Source: Minisyncoccia bacterium
GTDB taxonomy: Bacteria; Patescibacteriota; Minisyncoccia; Phycocordibacterales; UBA9973
Assembly (NCBI GenBank): GCA_041737125.1
Contig: JBGSSJ010000003.1
Span: forward strand, 15,718 to 79,717
Direction of reading: 5' to 3'
Length of the DNA: 64,000 bases
Shown piece after piece: positions 55,887-64,000 of the stretch (its first letter is position 1; each line of letters begins with the position of its first letter). The notes under the pieces were generated by a model. That model saw nothing but the letters and a program-made list of their open reading frames with translations, did no database searches and was not told where the DNA came from. The translations under genes were made by a program, and so were the position numbers.

Positions 55887-56666
55887 ATGAAAATTATTTC
55901 TTGGAATACGAATGGTTTGCGAGCGACAGTGAAGCAAGGGAACTTCGATCCCCTCTTCTCTAAATACAAGCCCGACATAGTTTGCCTACAAGAGACGAAA
56001 GCAGAAGCTGAACAGCTTCCAGAAGATGTCCGTAATAAGAAAGGCTATTACTCGTACTTCTCGCATTCACGTAAGAGAAAGGGCTATAGCGGTGTAGCTA
56101 TATACTCGAAGATAAAACCCGATAAAGTGACAGAGCTTGGTATCCCGCACTTCGATGATGAGGGTCGCACTTTGGTTGCTTACTATAATATAGACGGCGA
56201 AGAAGTCGTCCTCATTACATGCTACTTCCCGAATGGTGGTTCTGGTCCTGATAGGCTCGAATATAAACTAGAATTCTATGATGCATTCCTCAAGTTCATA
56301 AATAATTTGAGGAAGAAAGGAAGGAAAGTCATCTTCTGTGGGGATGTGAATACTGCGCATACGGCAGTCGATCTTGCCCGCCCGAAGGCCAATGAAGAGA
56401 ACACAGGCTTCCTCCCTATCGAGCGTGCTTGGATAGATAAAGTCGTAAAGCATGATTACGTAGATACATTCCGCTACCTTAATCCCAACACGAAAGACAT
56501 GTATACATACTGGGATCAGAAAACTGCCAGTAGGGATAGGAATGTGGGCTGGCGCATCGACTACTTCTTCGTATCGAAAGAATTAGAGAAGAAGGTGAAG
56601 AGGTCTACAATGCTCACTGACTATATGGGCTCTGACCACTGCCCTATCTTGCTTGAACTTAAATAA
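55887..56666 (+). CDS. xth: Exodeoxyribonuclease III (AP endonuclease family 1)
   Basis: 259 aa. MKIISWNTNGLRA, CLQETK, GDVNTAH, and a C-terminal SDHCP motif. Confidence 0.9.
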   Translation: MKIISWNTNGLRATVKQGNFDPLFSKYKPDIVCLQETKAEAEQLPEDVRNKKGYYSYFSHSRKRKGYSGVAIYSKIKPDKVTELGIPHFDDEGRTLVAYYNIDGEEVVLITCYFPNGGSGPDRLEYKLEFYDAFLKFINNLRKKGRKVIFCGDVNTAHTAVDLARPKANEENTGFLPIERAWIDKVVKHDYVDTFRYLNPNTKDMYTYWDQKTASRDRNVGWRIDYFFVSKELEKKVKRSTMLTDYMGSDHCPILLELK

Positions 56667-56705
56667 CTTGCATGTTTCACTTTTTGTGTTATAATAGTTT
56701 CAAAT

Positions 56706-56894
56706 ATGAGTTTCAGAAAATTTTTATCAAAATATTCCGGAGGGATAATTTTGATAGTGATGTCTTTTATCGTTTTTTACGGTGGTGGCCCAATATTCGG
56801 GCTACTAACTACAAATGTAGTGAGTATCATAGGCTTCCTAGGAGGGTTCTGTGTTATTTTTTCTACTGAGTTAAAGAACAAGACTTCAGAATAG
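56706..56894 (+). CDS. Small putative membrane protein
   Basis: 62 aa with two hydrophobic segments; weak. Confidence 0.3.
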   Translation: MSFRKFLSKYSGGIILIVMSFIVFYGGGPIFGLLTTNVVSIIGFLGGFCVIFSTELKNKTSE

Positions 56895-57010
56895 GATCCA
56901 GTTCCACGCTGTAAAGTGGTCGTCGCGTCACTCTTGTGTATGCGGCTTTTTTTATTTTTACACTATTCATGTATAATAGGAAAACATTATAAATTAATAA
57001 AATAAAAAAT

Positions 57011-57616
57011 ATGAAAACAATTATAACAATCCTTATTATTATCGCTGTTGGTGCTGGTATATGGTATGCCGTACAGACGAAGCCTGATGCAAATGTGCCT
57101 CAAGCAATAGTAAGTGATGTGAATACAAATACAACAGAAGAAGTGAAAGTAGAGAATACAACAACAGAGGCTGACTTTATTACAGGCAAGACGGTAGACA
57201 ATACAAATGTAAAAATTGGGTTTAAAGGTTTCGGTCCAGGTAAAGAGCACATAGGTTCATTTGCTAAGATTGATTCTAAGCTCGCAGTAGATGGAGCAAG
57301 TATCAAAGGTACAGTAGTCGCAGATCTTAATTCTATCAGTACAGACACTGAGAAAGTTACAGCTCATTTGAAAACAGCAGACTTCTTCGACACTGCGAAG
57401 TACCCAAATGCTACATTTAATCTAACTTCAATTATAGATGGTAAAGCTATGGGTAAGCTCACTGTCCACGGTGTTACGAAAGATATATCATTCCCTGTCG
57501 TAGCAAGTGCTACAGAAGTGAAGGCGACATTCAACATAGATATGAAAGAATTTGGTATAAACCAGAAGTTCGCGAACGAAGTCATCGAGCTTACAGTCAC
57601 AGTGCCCCTTAAATAG
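57011..57616 (+). CDS. YceI-family periplasmic / polyisoprenoid-binding protein
   Basis: 201 aa. Signal anchor. HLKTADFFDTAKYPNATF and LTVHGVTKDISFP match the YceI signature. Confidence 0.75.
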   Translation: MKTIITILIIIAVGAGIWYAVQTKPDANVPQAIVSDVNTNTTEEVKVENTTTEADFITGKTVDNTNVKIGFKGFGPGKEHIGSFAKIDSKLAVDGASIKGTVVADLNSISTDTEKVTAHLKTADFFDTAKYPNATFNLTSIIDGKAMGKLTVHGVTKDISFPVVASATEVKATFNIDMKEFGINQKFANEVIELTVTVPLK

Positions 57617-57621
57617 TATTT

Positions 57622-57661
57622 AAAATAAAACACCCCGACACAAGTCGGGGTGTTTTATTTT
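57622..57661. terminator. Perfect intrinsic terminator aaaataaaacaccccgacacaagtcggggtgttttatttt
   Basis: Read directly: 9 bp GC-rich stem plus T-run. Confidence 0.75.
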
Positions 57662-57709
57662 GTATTTATATGTGTGATAATAAATGCATGAACAAAATAA
57701 TACTAAATA

Positions 57710-58285
57710 ATGAGGATTATAAAGTTACGACTAGTAAACCTACCCTACTTGGTTATCTATGGCGAGAAGTCCGGAGGATCACATTTTACTATTACGCTTA
57801 TGGTGGATCTATATAAGTCAGGGGACAAGATACTTTTCTTCACTGCTTTCCCTATGGCGAAAGATAATTTCTTGGAACAGATTGGAGGTGTGAATGGAGA
57901 TGTTGCTTTTGTTAACTCGGTGGAAGATTTGGAAAACCACAAAGAAAGTAGAGCGATAATACTTGATAGTGGAAATGAAAGTTTATTTACTGATGCAGTA
58001 AGATTACTCCCAGATGTAAATGAAAGAATAATATTAGTGAAAAATATAGAAGCATTCAGTGCTCGTGTATTTGAGGCATGTTTACCTTTGGATAATATTG
58101 TTCTATCTGGTTATATAGATGCTTGTGTATCGAAAGACGAAATTATGGAGAAGAAATACAATAGTATGGTTGTGTTTACTAAACCAGAGATTACGCTTCC
58201 ATTAGAAGTTCCCGAACTTCCTAAATGGACTGGATATTTATCAAGTGAAAATAAAAGTGGAATGATTAAGGTTCAAATAAATTAA
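57710..58285 (+). CDS. Hypothetical protein with a degenerate P-loop-like segment, co-transcribed with Cys-rich paralog B
   Basis: 191 aa. VIYGEKSGGSHFTITLMVDLY resembles a RecA/KaiC-like strand-loop-helix but lacks the canonical GKS/T. 4 nt gap to 58290. Confidence 0.45.
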   Translation: MRIIKLRLVNLPYLVIYGEKSGGSHFTITLMVDLYKSGDKILFFTAFPMAKDNFLEQIGGVNGDVAFVNSVEDLENHKESRAIILDSGNESLFTDAVRLLPDVNERIILVKNIEAFSARVFEACLPLDNIVLSGYIDACVSKDEIMEKKYNSMVVFTKPEITLPLEVPELPKWTGYLSSENKSGMIKVQIN

Positions 58286-58289
58286 ATAT

Positions 58290-59987
58290 ATGGAAACAAA
58301 GCTCTGCCAAAATTGCAAAAAGGATTTCATTATAGACGAGCGGGATGCTCTTTATTATAAGAAGATAAATGTCCCTCACCCTACTTGGTGCCCCCTGTGT
58401 CGATTTGAACGTAGAATGTCTACGCATAATGTATGGAGTGTGTATTGGCGTAATTGCGATAAGTGTGAGAAGAAAGTGCTTTCAATGTACAACAAAGATA
58501 ACTCTATTACCGTGTACTGTCCTTCGTGTTGGTGGGCAGATGATTGGGATGGCACAGAGTACGGTATGGATTATGATACAAGTAAGAATTTCTTTGATCA
58601 ACTCTATGAACTTTCACGCAAGACTCCGTGGGTGGCACAGGAAACTGTCGCTCCAACTATGATTAATTCAGAGTATTGTAACGGTGCATCATACTTGCGT
58701 AATTGCTATCTGACGTTTTGGGCAGATTATTCTGAGAACATTACACATTCATCTATGATGTTGGAATTTAAAGATTCATCAGATTGTCTGAGGACTCAAT
58801 ACTCTGAACTGTGTTACGAGTCTATAGGTATAAATAAATGTTATCAAACATTCTTCTCTGAAGAGTGTGATGCTTGTACTGACGTATGGTTCTCTCGGAA
58901 CTGTTATAACTGCACAAACTGTATAGGCTGTGCGAACTTGCGCGGTGAGTCATACTGTATCTTTAACCAGAAATATTCTAAAGAAGACTATGCTATTAAA
59001 ATAAAAGAACTAGGTCTCGATTCTTGGGATAAATTACAAGATCTTCAAAAAACTTCTCGTTCTTTCTGGCTTACTCTACCTTATAGAGAGTACAGTGGTA
59101 ACTCTTTGAACGTAAATGTGACCGGGGAGTATACCTATGAGTCAAAGAATTCTCTGGATATGTATATATGTAATAACGCTGAAGAGTGTCGTTACTGTCA
59201 GTTTATAACTGTACCTTCTTCTAAAGAGTGTTACGATTACTCGGGTTGGGGAGCGAATGTTGAGCTTATGTACGAATCTCATTCGAGTGGTGAGAACGCA
59301 AGTAATATTAAATTCTCATACTGTGCTTATACTAACTCGATGAATGTAGAATACTCTATGTGGACCATTGCAGGGAAAGATAACTTTGGTTGTGCGAATT
59401 TGAAACGCAAAAAGTATTGCATTCTGAATAAAGAATATACAAAAGAAGAATATGAAAAGCTCAAAGGACAGATTATAGAAGATATGAAGAAGAATCCATA
59501 CATAGACGAGCAAGGTCGCGTGTGGAGCTACGGGGAAACTTTCCCTCTGAAAATGAGTCTCTTCAGCTACAATGAGACAAGTGGCGCAAAATTCATTTCA
59601 AAAACGAAAGAGCAAGCACTTAAAGAAGGATATACTTGGTATGAAGGAGAAACTCCTAGTCATGCCATCACGATGGAAAATACAGATATACCAGACACTC
59701 TGTCTATTACCAAAGATACGATTACGGATGAAGTCATAGAGTGTGGCGAGTGTAAGCGTGGATACAAGATTGGTCCTCTAGAATATACACTTCTAAATAA
59801 AATGAGTATACCTATCCCCCACTCTTGCCCTAAATGTAGAGAGAATGCTCGCTTCGCTCGCCTCAATCCCCCAAAGCTTTGGAATCGTGCCTGCACCAAA
59901 TGTAGCAAAGATATAAATACAGCTTTCGCTCCGGATCGCGCGGAAATTATTTATTGTGAAAAGTGCTACCAACAAGAATTCGTATAG
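58290..59987 (+). CDS. Cys-rich predicted multi-zinc-binding protein, paralog B
   Basis: 565 aa. Collinear with 45399..47081 at both termini (CQNCKKDF...CPLCR...CDKCEKK...CPSCWW; CGECKRGY...CPKCREN...CEKCYQQEFV) and in the central Cys ladder (NCYNCTNCIGCANLRGESYC). Confidence 0.65.
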   Translation: METKLCQNCKKDFIIDERDALYYKKINVPHPTWCPLCRFERRMSTHNVWSVYWRNCDKCEKKVLSMYNKDNSITVYCPSCWWADDWDGTEYGMDYDTSKNFFDQLYELSRKTPWVAQETVAPTMINSEYCNGASYLRNCYLTFWADYSENITHSSMMLEFKDSSDCLRTQYSELCYESIGINKCYQTFFSEECDACTDVWFSRNCYNCTNCIGCANLRGESYCIFNQKYSKEDYAIKIKELGLDSWDKLQDLQKTSRSFWLTLPYREYSGNSLNVNVTGEYTYESKNSLDMYICNNAEECRYCQFITVPSSKECYDYSGWGANVELMYESHSSGENASNIKFSYCAYTNSMNVEYSMWTIAGKDNFGCANLKRKKYCILNKEYTKEEYEKLKGQIIEDMKKNPYIDEQGRVWSYGETFPLKMSLFSYNETSGAKFISKTKEQALKEGYTWYEGETPSHAITMENTDIPDTLSITKDTITDEVIECGECKRGYKIGPLEYTLLNKMSIPIPHSCPKCRENARFARLNPPKLWNRACTKCSKDINTAFAPDRAEIIYCEKCYQQEFV

Positions 59988-60219
59988 AAAATACCCACTT
60001 TTAGTATTTGCATTATTTCAATACATTAGCTATATTAAGTATATGAAAAATAATCAGTCAAAGTTTCTCATTCGTCTCATTCTCACACCATATTTGATGG
60101 CTGATTCTTGTGTTTAATCTCTCTCCTATAAAATGATTAAATCTAAAAATGAGCCATCAAATGGTTCATTTTTTGTTCTTTTTATTTTTTAACCCCGCTT
60201 GATTAAAAATTAAAAATTA

Positions 60220-60468
60220 ATGATCAAGCAACAAAATTTTCTAATTATGGAAATTGATCTAAATTTTGGTTCGACTCGTTTTGTAACTCAAAAGTCCACA
60301 GGAAAGGTGCTTGCAAGGTGTCCTAGTTGTCGCGGTTATCATGAGACTGATAAAAATGGCGACATACCTTCACACGATTATCTTGTGCCAGAGTCGGACG
60401 TTAATGATCCTGTGCTAAATTTACCGAAGGTAACAACTCAACCACAATCATTTGTCATGGTAAGTTGA
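60220..60468 (+). CDS. Small hypothetical protein with a CxxC pair
   Basis: 82 aa. CPSCRGYHE. Weak. Confidence 0.25.
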   Translation: MIKQQNFLIMEIDLNFGSTRFVTQKSTGKVLARCPSCRGYHETDKNGDIPSHDYLVPESDVNDPVLNLPKVTTQPQSFVMVS

Positions 60469-60533
60469 AATACATTTACCCCCTATCTTTTAACCCCCCA
60501 AGCATAATAATGCGAAAGGGGTTTTATTTTTTA

Positions 60534-62075
60534 TTACACTTTATGTTTCTTATGTAGCTTATCTACCTCTTCTTGTTCAAGTCTGTCTTTCTCTTCTTTT
60601 GCTTTCTCACCTAGGTTTCTGAGTTCTTCATCGGATAACTTGTTGAGCTCTAGGGCCTCACCCTTCAGATACTCTATTGTATTCTTCTTCGGATCTTCTA
60701 GTACAACTTCAAGTAATGCATGGAGAATCCACCCCATTCTTCTCGATGGTTTCATGTGTAACTCTTTTATTAATACTTCGCCATCGATTGCAAGCTGACT
60801 GACGGATAGCGGATCACGAAGCACTTCATCTATCATTGCGTGATACTTGCGGAGTCTGTATGGAGCCTCTGCTTTCTTCATGCCTACCCTGTCGCATTCG
60901 CGTATCTCCATGAGCTCCCATATATGCTCCTTCCCTACTTTTTGTACGATACGGCGCACAGCTGAAAGGCTAATCTGCTCTGTGTCAGAGAAGAACATAT
61001 GATTACGTACAAGGGATACTACTAGATCTATTGTTTTCCTTGGGTACTTTAACCTTTCCATTATTATCTTCACCATCCTTGCTCCTATAACTTCATGACC
61101 GTAGAAAGTATAAGCCTTTTTCGTGCCCGGCCTTCTACTGCGAGGCTTGCCTATGTCGTGGAATAGTGCGGCCAACCTTATCTCTGTGCTGTATCCTTTG
61201 TTTGTAGCATGGTCGAGTGCTCCTAGTAAATGCTCGAATACATCGTATATATGGGCACCACCTTGCTCGCAACCAATTCCCTCCTCTAACTCCGGAATTA
61301 TGTATTTGAGTAAATTAAATTTCTGTAGGAAGATTATCCCTTGAGTGCTATTCTTACTTTCAATTATTTTGGTGAATTCATCACGAATTCTCTCCATCGA
61401 GATGTTCTTGATAAGTTCAGAGTTTTCCACAATTGCAGTCATTGTGTCACTAGATATAGCAAACCCTAGTTGTGAGGAGAATCTAATGGCACGGAGCATG
61501 CGCAAAGCATCTTCATTGAACCTATCACTTGGTTCACCCACAGCCCTCACTATTTTGTCCTTTATGTCCTTTATTCCCTCATACAGGTCTATAATTTGTC
61601 CTTTATGAGGATTATAGGCTAAAGCATTAACTGTGAAGTCTCGTCTCTTAAGATCATCTTCTATTTTGTCGCTAAACTTTACTTGGTCCGGATGTCTGAA
61701 ATCACTATATTTAGCTTCAATTCTATAGGGCGTGACCTCAATTATCTCGTATTTTGTTACATGTGTAACACTCAAATCAGCGTTTTTAGCTGTTTCATGG
61801 GAAACATTAGGCATTTCAGCTTCTAGTTCTTCTGGAATCGGGATGCATACTCCCACTGTGCCAAAGTCATTTTCATATACAGTTTTCTCAAATAGAGGCA
61901 TTATTTCTTCTGGTTTGGCGTTAGTCGTTACATCCCAGTCTTTAGGATCTCTACCCATAATCAGGTCTCGGACACAGCCACCCACAAGAAAAACCTCAAA
62001 CCCTGCTTTCTCCAAGGTTTCTGTTACATGTGTAACACTTGATGGTATTTTTGAGTTTTCTATGTTTGGTTTCAT
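60534..62075 (-). CDS. cca: CCA-adding tRNA nucleotidyltransferase with a C-terminal HD domain
   Basis: Start chosen at MKPNIENSK (62075). Head-domain motif GGCVRDLIMGRDPKDWD...RRDFTVNA. HD motif LFHDIGKP. The tracked ORF extends to 62279 only because it reads through a duplicated non-coding repeat. Confidence 0.85.
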   Translation of the reverse strand: MKPNIENSKIPSSVTHVTETLEKAGFEVFLVGGCVRDLIMGRDPKDWDVTTNAKPEEIMPLFEKTVYENDFGTVGVCIPIPEELEAEMPNVSHETAKNADLSVTHVTKYEIIEVTPYRIEAKYSDFRHPDQVKFSDKIEDDLKRRDFTVNALAYNPHKGQIIDLYEGIKDIKDKIVRAVGEPSDRFNEDALRMLRAIRFSSQLGFAISSDTMTAIVENSELIKNISMERIRDEFTKIIESKNSTQGIIFLQKFNLLKYIIPELEEGIGCEQGGAHIYDVFEHLLGALDHATNKGYSTEIRLAALFHDIGKPRSRRPGTKKAYTFYGHEVIGARMVKIIMERLKYPRKTIDLVVSLVRNHMFFSDTEQISLSAVRRIVQKVGKEHIWELMEIRECDRVGMKKAEAPYRLRKYHAMIDEVLRDPLSVSQLAIDGEVLIKELHMKPSRRMGWILHALLEVVLEDPKKNTIEYLKGEALELNKLSDEELRNLGEKAKEEKDRLEQEEVDKLHKKHKV

Positions 62076-62081
62076 GAGAAA

Positions 62082-62400
62082 CGTTATTTTGTGGTCAGGC
62101 ATAGTTTTCTGCAGAAAACTTGCACGACCCTGGCTCGGCCCGTCGGCCTCCGCCTTGCACAAAATGCTCAGCATTTTGTGCACCCAGAGGGAATTTCGAT
62201 CATTACAGGATCTGTACACCTTTCGTATCGTACTTGCTTCGCTCCGTGCGATATACTCAAGGTTTTTCGAATCCCTCAAAAAACATGTCGTTTATTTTGT
62301 GGTCAGGCATAGTTTTCTGCAGAAAACTTGCACGACCCTGGCTCGGCCCGTCGGCCTCCGCCTTGCACAAAATGCTCAGCATTTTGTGCACCCAGAGGGA
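62082..62400. repeat. 113 bp direct repeat x2 (62082-62194 and 62289-62400, ~98% identical, 94 bp spacer). Copy 2 contains the last ~14 nt of tRNA-Arg plus ~95 nt of its downstream GC-rich, hairpin-containing sequence
   Basis: Read directly: cgtt(t)attttgtggtcaggcatagttttctgcagaaaacttgcacgaccctggctcggcccgtcggcctccgccttgcacaaaatgctcagcattttgtgcacccagaggga. Confidence 0.85.
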
Positions 62401-62458
62401 TTCGAACCCCCAATGACAGTTCCGAAGACTGTAGTGATATCCATTTCACTATGGGTGC
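62387..62458 (-). tRNA. tRNA-Arg (anticodon TCG)
   Basis: Hand fold of the reverse complement: acceptor GCACCCA/TGGGTGC; D-stem GTGA/TCAC; anticodon stem ACAGT/ACTGT with loop CTTCGGA; T-arm GGGGG-TTCGAAT-CCCTC (one G-U pair); discriminator A. No encoded CCA. Confidence 0.75.
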
Positions 62459-62601
62459 AATATTTATAATTTGAATATTTTACGACGTTTTAATTGTATA
62501 CTAAATAAATGTATTAGTAAATAACATTATAAAATAAGACTAGAATTAATTATTGCATTTTTGTTCAAAAACCATTATACTTTATAAGTTATTTTAATTT
62601 T

Positions 62602-62673
62602 GCGGGATTGGTTTAGTGGTAGAACACGTCCTTGCCAAGGATGAGACAGGAGTTCGATTCTCCTATCCCGCAC
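62602..62673 (+). tRNA. tRNA-Gly (anticodon GCC)
   Basis: Acceptor GCGGGAT/ATCCCGC (perfect); anticodon stem CGTCC/GGATG with loop TTGCCAA; T-arm AGGAG-TTCGATT-CTCCT (perfect). Confidence 0.85.
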
Positions 62674-62929
62674 AAATTTTAAGTCCAATAAAAAACATCT
62701 CTGACTTTTATTCGTCTTTTATACACAAAAATAAACCTTTAAAATTAAGAATTTTGTGGATAACTATGTGTGCATTGTTGATAAAAGACAAATTGATTAT
62801 TATTTAGCCTCATATTTTAACGGTCTAGTTTGGTAAATATGCTTGTTTTATAAGGTTACTATTGAAGGACAGAGTATTTTAGGTTTATCTGTGTCTTATA
62901 ATGTGAAATTTAGTTTCACGTGAAACAAT

Positions 62930-63367
62930 ATGAAGAAATTTACTTCAGATTCACAAAAAATTGGTCAATTAGGGGAGGATATAGCATGTAAGTTTCTCAT
63001 GAAACATGGTTTTGAAGTGCTAGAAAGAAATTATACTAAGAAATGGGGAGAGATAGATATAATTGCTCAGAAAGAAGACAAATTGTATTTTATAGAAGTT
63101 AAGTCTGTTTCCCGCCCATTAGAAAATGTTGGCGGACAGGCATGCTCCACAGATGGTAATGTTACACGAGAAACAAATCCGTTCACAAGTCGCCCAGAGG
63201 AAAATATGCATCCATGGAAGCTCAAAAGACTCTCAAGAACTATTCAGACTTATTTAATACATAAAAGAATAGGGAACACACCTTGGCAATTCGATCTATT
63301 GCTAGTTTATATAGATACGAAGAATAGGGTAGCAAGAGTAAGAAAAATAGAAAATATTATCTTATAA
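62930..63367 (+). CDS. yraN: UPF0102 / YraN-family endonuclease-like protein
   Basis: 145 aa. LGEDIACKFLMKHGFEVLERNYTKKWGEIDIIAQKEDKLYFIEVKSVSR matches the YraN signature (GE[IL]D[LI]IA ... [FV][IV]EVK.R). Confidence 0.75.
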   Translation: MKKFTSDSQKIGQLGEDIACKFLMKHGFEVLERNYTKKWGEIDIIAQKEDKLYFIEVKSVSRPLENVGGQACSTDGNVTRETNPFTSRPEENMHPWKLKRLSRTIQTYLIHKRIGNTPWQFDLLLVYIDTKNRVARVRKIENIIL

Positions 63368-63370
63368 GTG

Positions 63371-64000
63371 TTATATGGCTTTAGTTTGTGCCCACGCTAG
63401 TTCAAATATAATCTTTCTATAAAAATGAGCAATATCCACATTCTCTATGACTGTGCATGTAAGCTTTCCTTCTGTGAAAGATTGAATAGCTAGACTATCA
63501 TTCCAACTGAAGATGCCAGCCTTCCATTCCGCATCCTCTGGCATGAGGCGGACCTGGATTTTATACTCGCTCGACTTGGTATTTACTTTATTAGCAAAAT
63601 CGCATGGCGGGAAAATAAGCCTTGTACGTATACCTTTTTGGGATCTACGCTCAAAATATCCTTCTAGGTATTCTGGATCAAGGAGTTCAGAAAATAATTT
63701 AACATAGGTAAATACTAAGACCTCGCCTTTGGCAGTCAGTGTTTCCTCCAGCATTTTTTTGAATCCATCTACCCCCTCATACAACTTTACTAAGGGGATA
63801 CCCCCGTCACTTGGCTTGATAGTGTTCAGTAAATCTACTGCATAGTTGATATTACCTTTGAGTAACGCTAGATCGTTCTGCCGTAGTTGGAGGAGGCTAT
63901 AGAGCACACTTGGATTTTCAGCCCCTATGTACCTTTTCTTATTTTTCCTAGTTTCATATAGTAATCCTTTCTTAAGAAGTTGCTCTACTTCAGAATATAC
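63371..64000 (-). CDS. Partial CDS: TrmB/MarR-like winged-helix transcriptional regulator; its N-terminus lies beyond the window end
   Basis: The tracked ORF starts at a GTG (63907), but the frame stays open upstream to position 64000 (...VYSEVEQLLKKGLLYETRKNKKRYIGAENPSVL..., wHTH-like). The C-terminal ~175 aa domain is unassigned. Confidence 0.5.
   Translation of the reverse strand, partial: VYSEVEQLLKKGLLYETRKNKKRYIGAENPSVLYSLLQLRQNDLALLKGNINYAVDLLNTIKPSDGGIPLVKLYEGVDGFKKMLEETLTAKGEVLVFTYVKLFSELLDPEYLEGYFERRSQKGIRTRLIFPPCDFANKVNTKSSEYKIQVRLMPEDAEWKAGIFSWNDSLAIQSFTEGKLTCTVIENVDIAHFYRKIIFELAWAQTKAI

Noticed and set aside
62082-62400. Possible CRISPR array
   Set aside because: There are only two repeat copies, the 113 bp repeats are longer than any CRISPR repeat, copy 2 overlaps a tRNA, and no cas genes are nearby
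62076-62469. The N-terminal 68-codon extension of the cca ORF, and plus-strand ORFs 61732..62469, 62091..62312 and 62120..62416
   Set aside because: All are generated by reading through the two copies of the 113 bp direct repeat and the tRNA-Arg gene. The cca start is assigned to the conserved MKPNIENSK at 62075
1-64000. Alternative genetic code (UGA recoding, as in Gracilibacteria/Absconditabacteria)
   Set aside because: Conserved genes (dnaA, pnp, PBP, ruvB, VirB4) are full-length and collinear under standard stop codons, and ORFs of 800-1054 aa are intact, so there is no sign of in-frame UGA readthrough

Overview
This 64 kb window is AT-rich (~35% GC), densely coded, and translates cleanly under the standard code with no UGA recoding. 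It most likely comes from a small-genome bacterium with a Gram-positive-type envelope, plausibly CPR/Patescibacteria-like; that assignment is inference. It contains the chromosomal replication origin neighbourhood: pilB-like ATPase, ruvB-ruvC, tyrS, a class A PBP, then dnaN and dnaA on the minus strand, then rpmH-rnpA-yidD-yidC-jag. DnaA boxes (TTATCCACA) lie in both the dnaA-dnaN and rpmH-dnaA intergenic regions. Directly after jag comes a ~14 kb minus-strand block (15.4-30.2 kb) that encodes a Gram-positive-type type IV secretion (T4SS)-like apparatus. It contains a VirB4 ATPase split into an N-terminal ORF and a Walker A/B ATPase ORF (TAAnATG junction), a VirB3/PrgI-like small membrane protein, a ~800 aa polytopic VirB6-like protein with a Gly/His tail, a peptidase-M15 cell-wall hydrolase fused to a two-TM pilin-like hairpin, and several large secreted or bitopic hypothetical proteins. 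No relaxase, coupling protein or integrase is visible. Housekeeping genes follow: rsmA and a UvrD/PcrA-family helicase, then a six-gene minus-strand operon (33.4-43.5 kb) of large K/E-rich coiled-coil or acidic proteins that includes two tandem paralogs. Then come a LysM-M23 peptidase plus a peptidoglycan-binding protein, comM, a DksA/TraR-family protein, pnp, rpsO, a xerC/D-type recombinase, xth, a YceI-family protein, cca, tRNA-Arg(TCG), tRNA-Gly(GCC) and yraN. Further unusual items are listed here. There is a pair of ~560 aa Cys-rich paralogs on opposite strands 11 kb apart. A GIY-YIG ORF is bracketed exactly by 14 bp perfect inverted repeats that abut the pilB start. A 38 bp perfect palindrome lies upstream of that cassette. 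A TAATTCGTAAT / CCTGCCT-hairpin motif recurs in intergenic junctions of the T4SS block. A ~380 bp structured intergenic region sits between rsmA and the helicase. A 113 bp direct repeat duplicates the 3' end of tRNA-Arg plus its downstream sequence next to cca. Partial CDSs run off both window edges.
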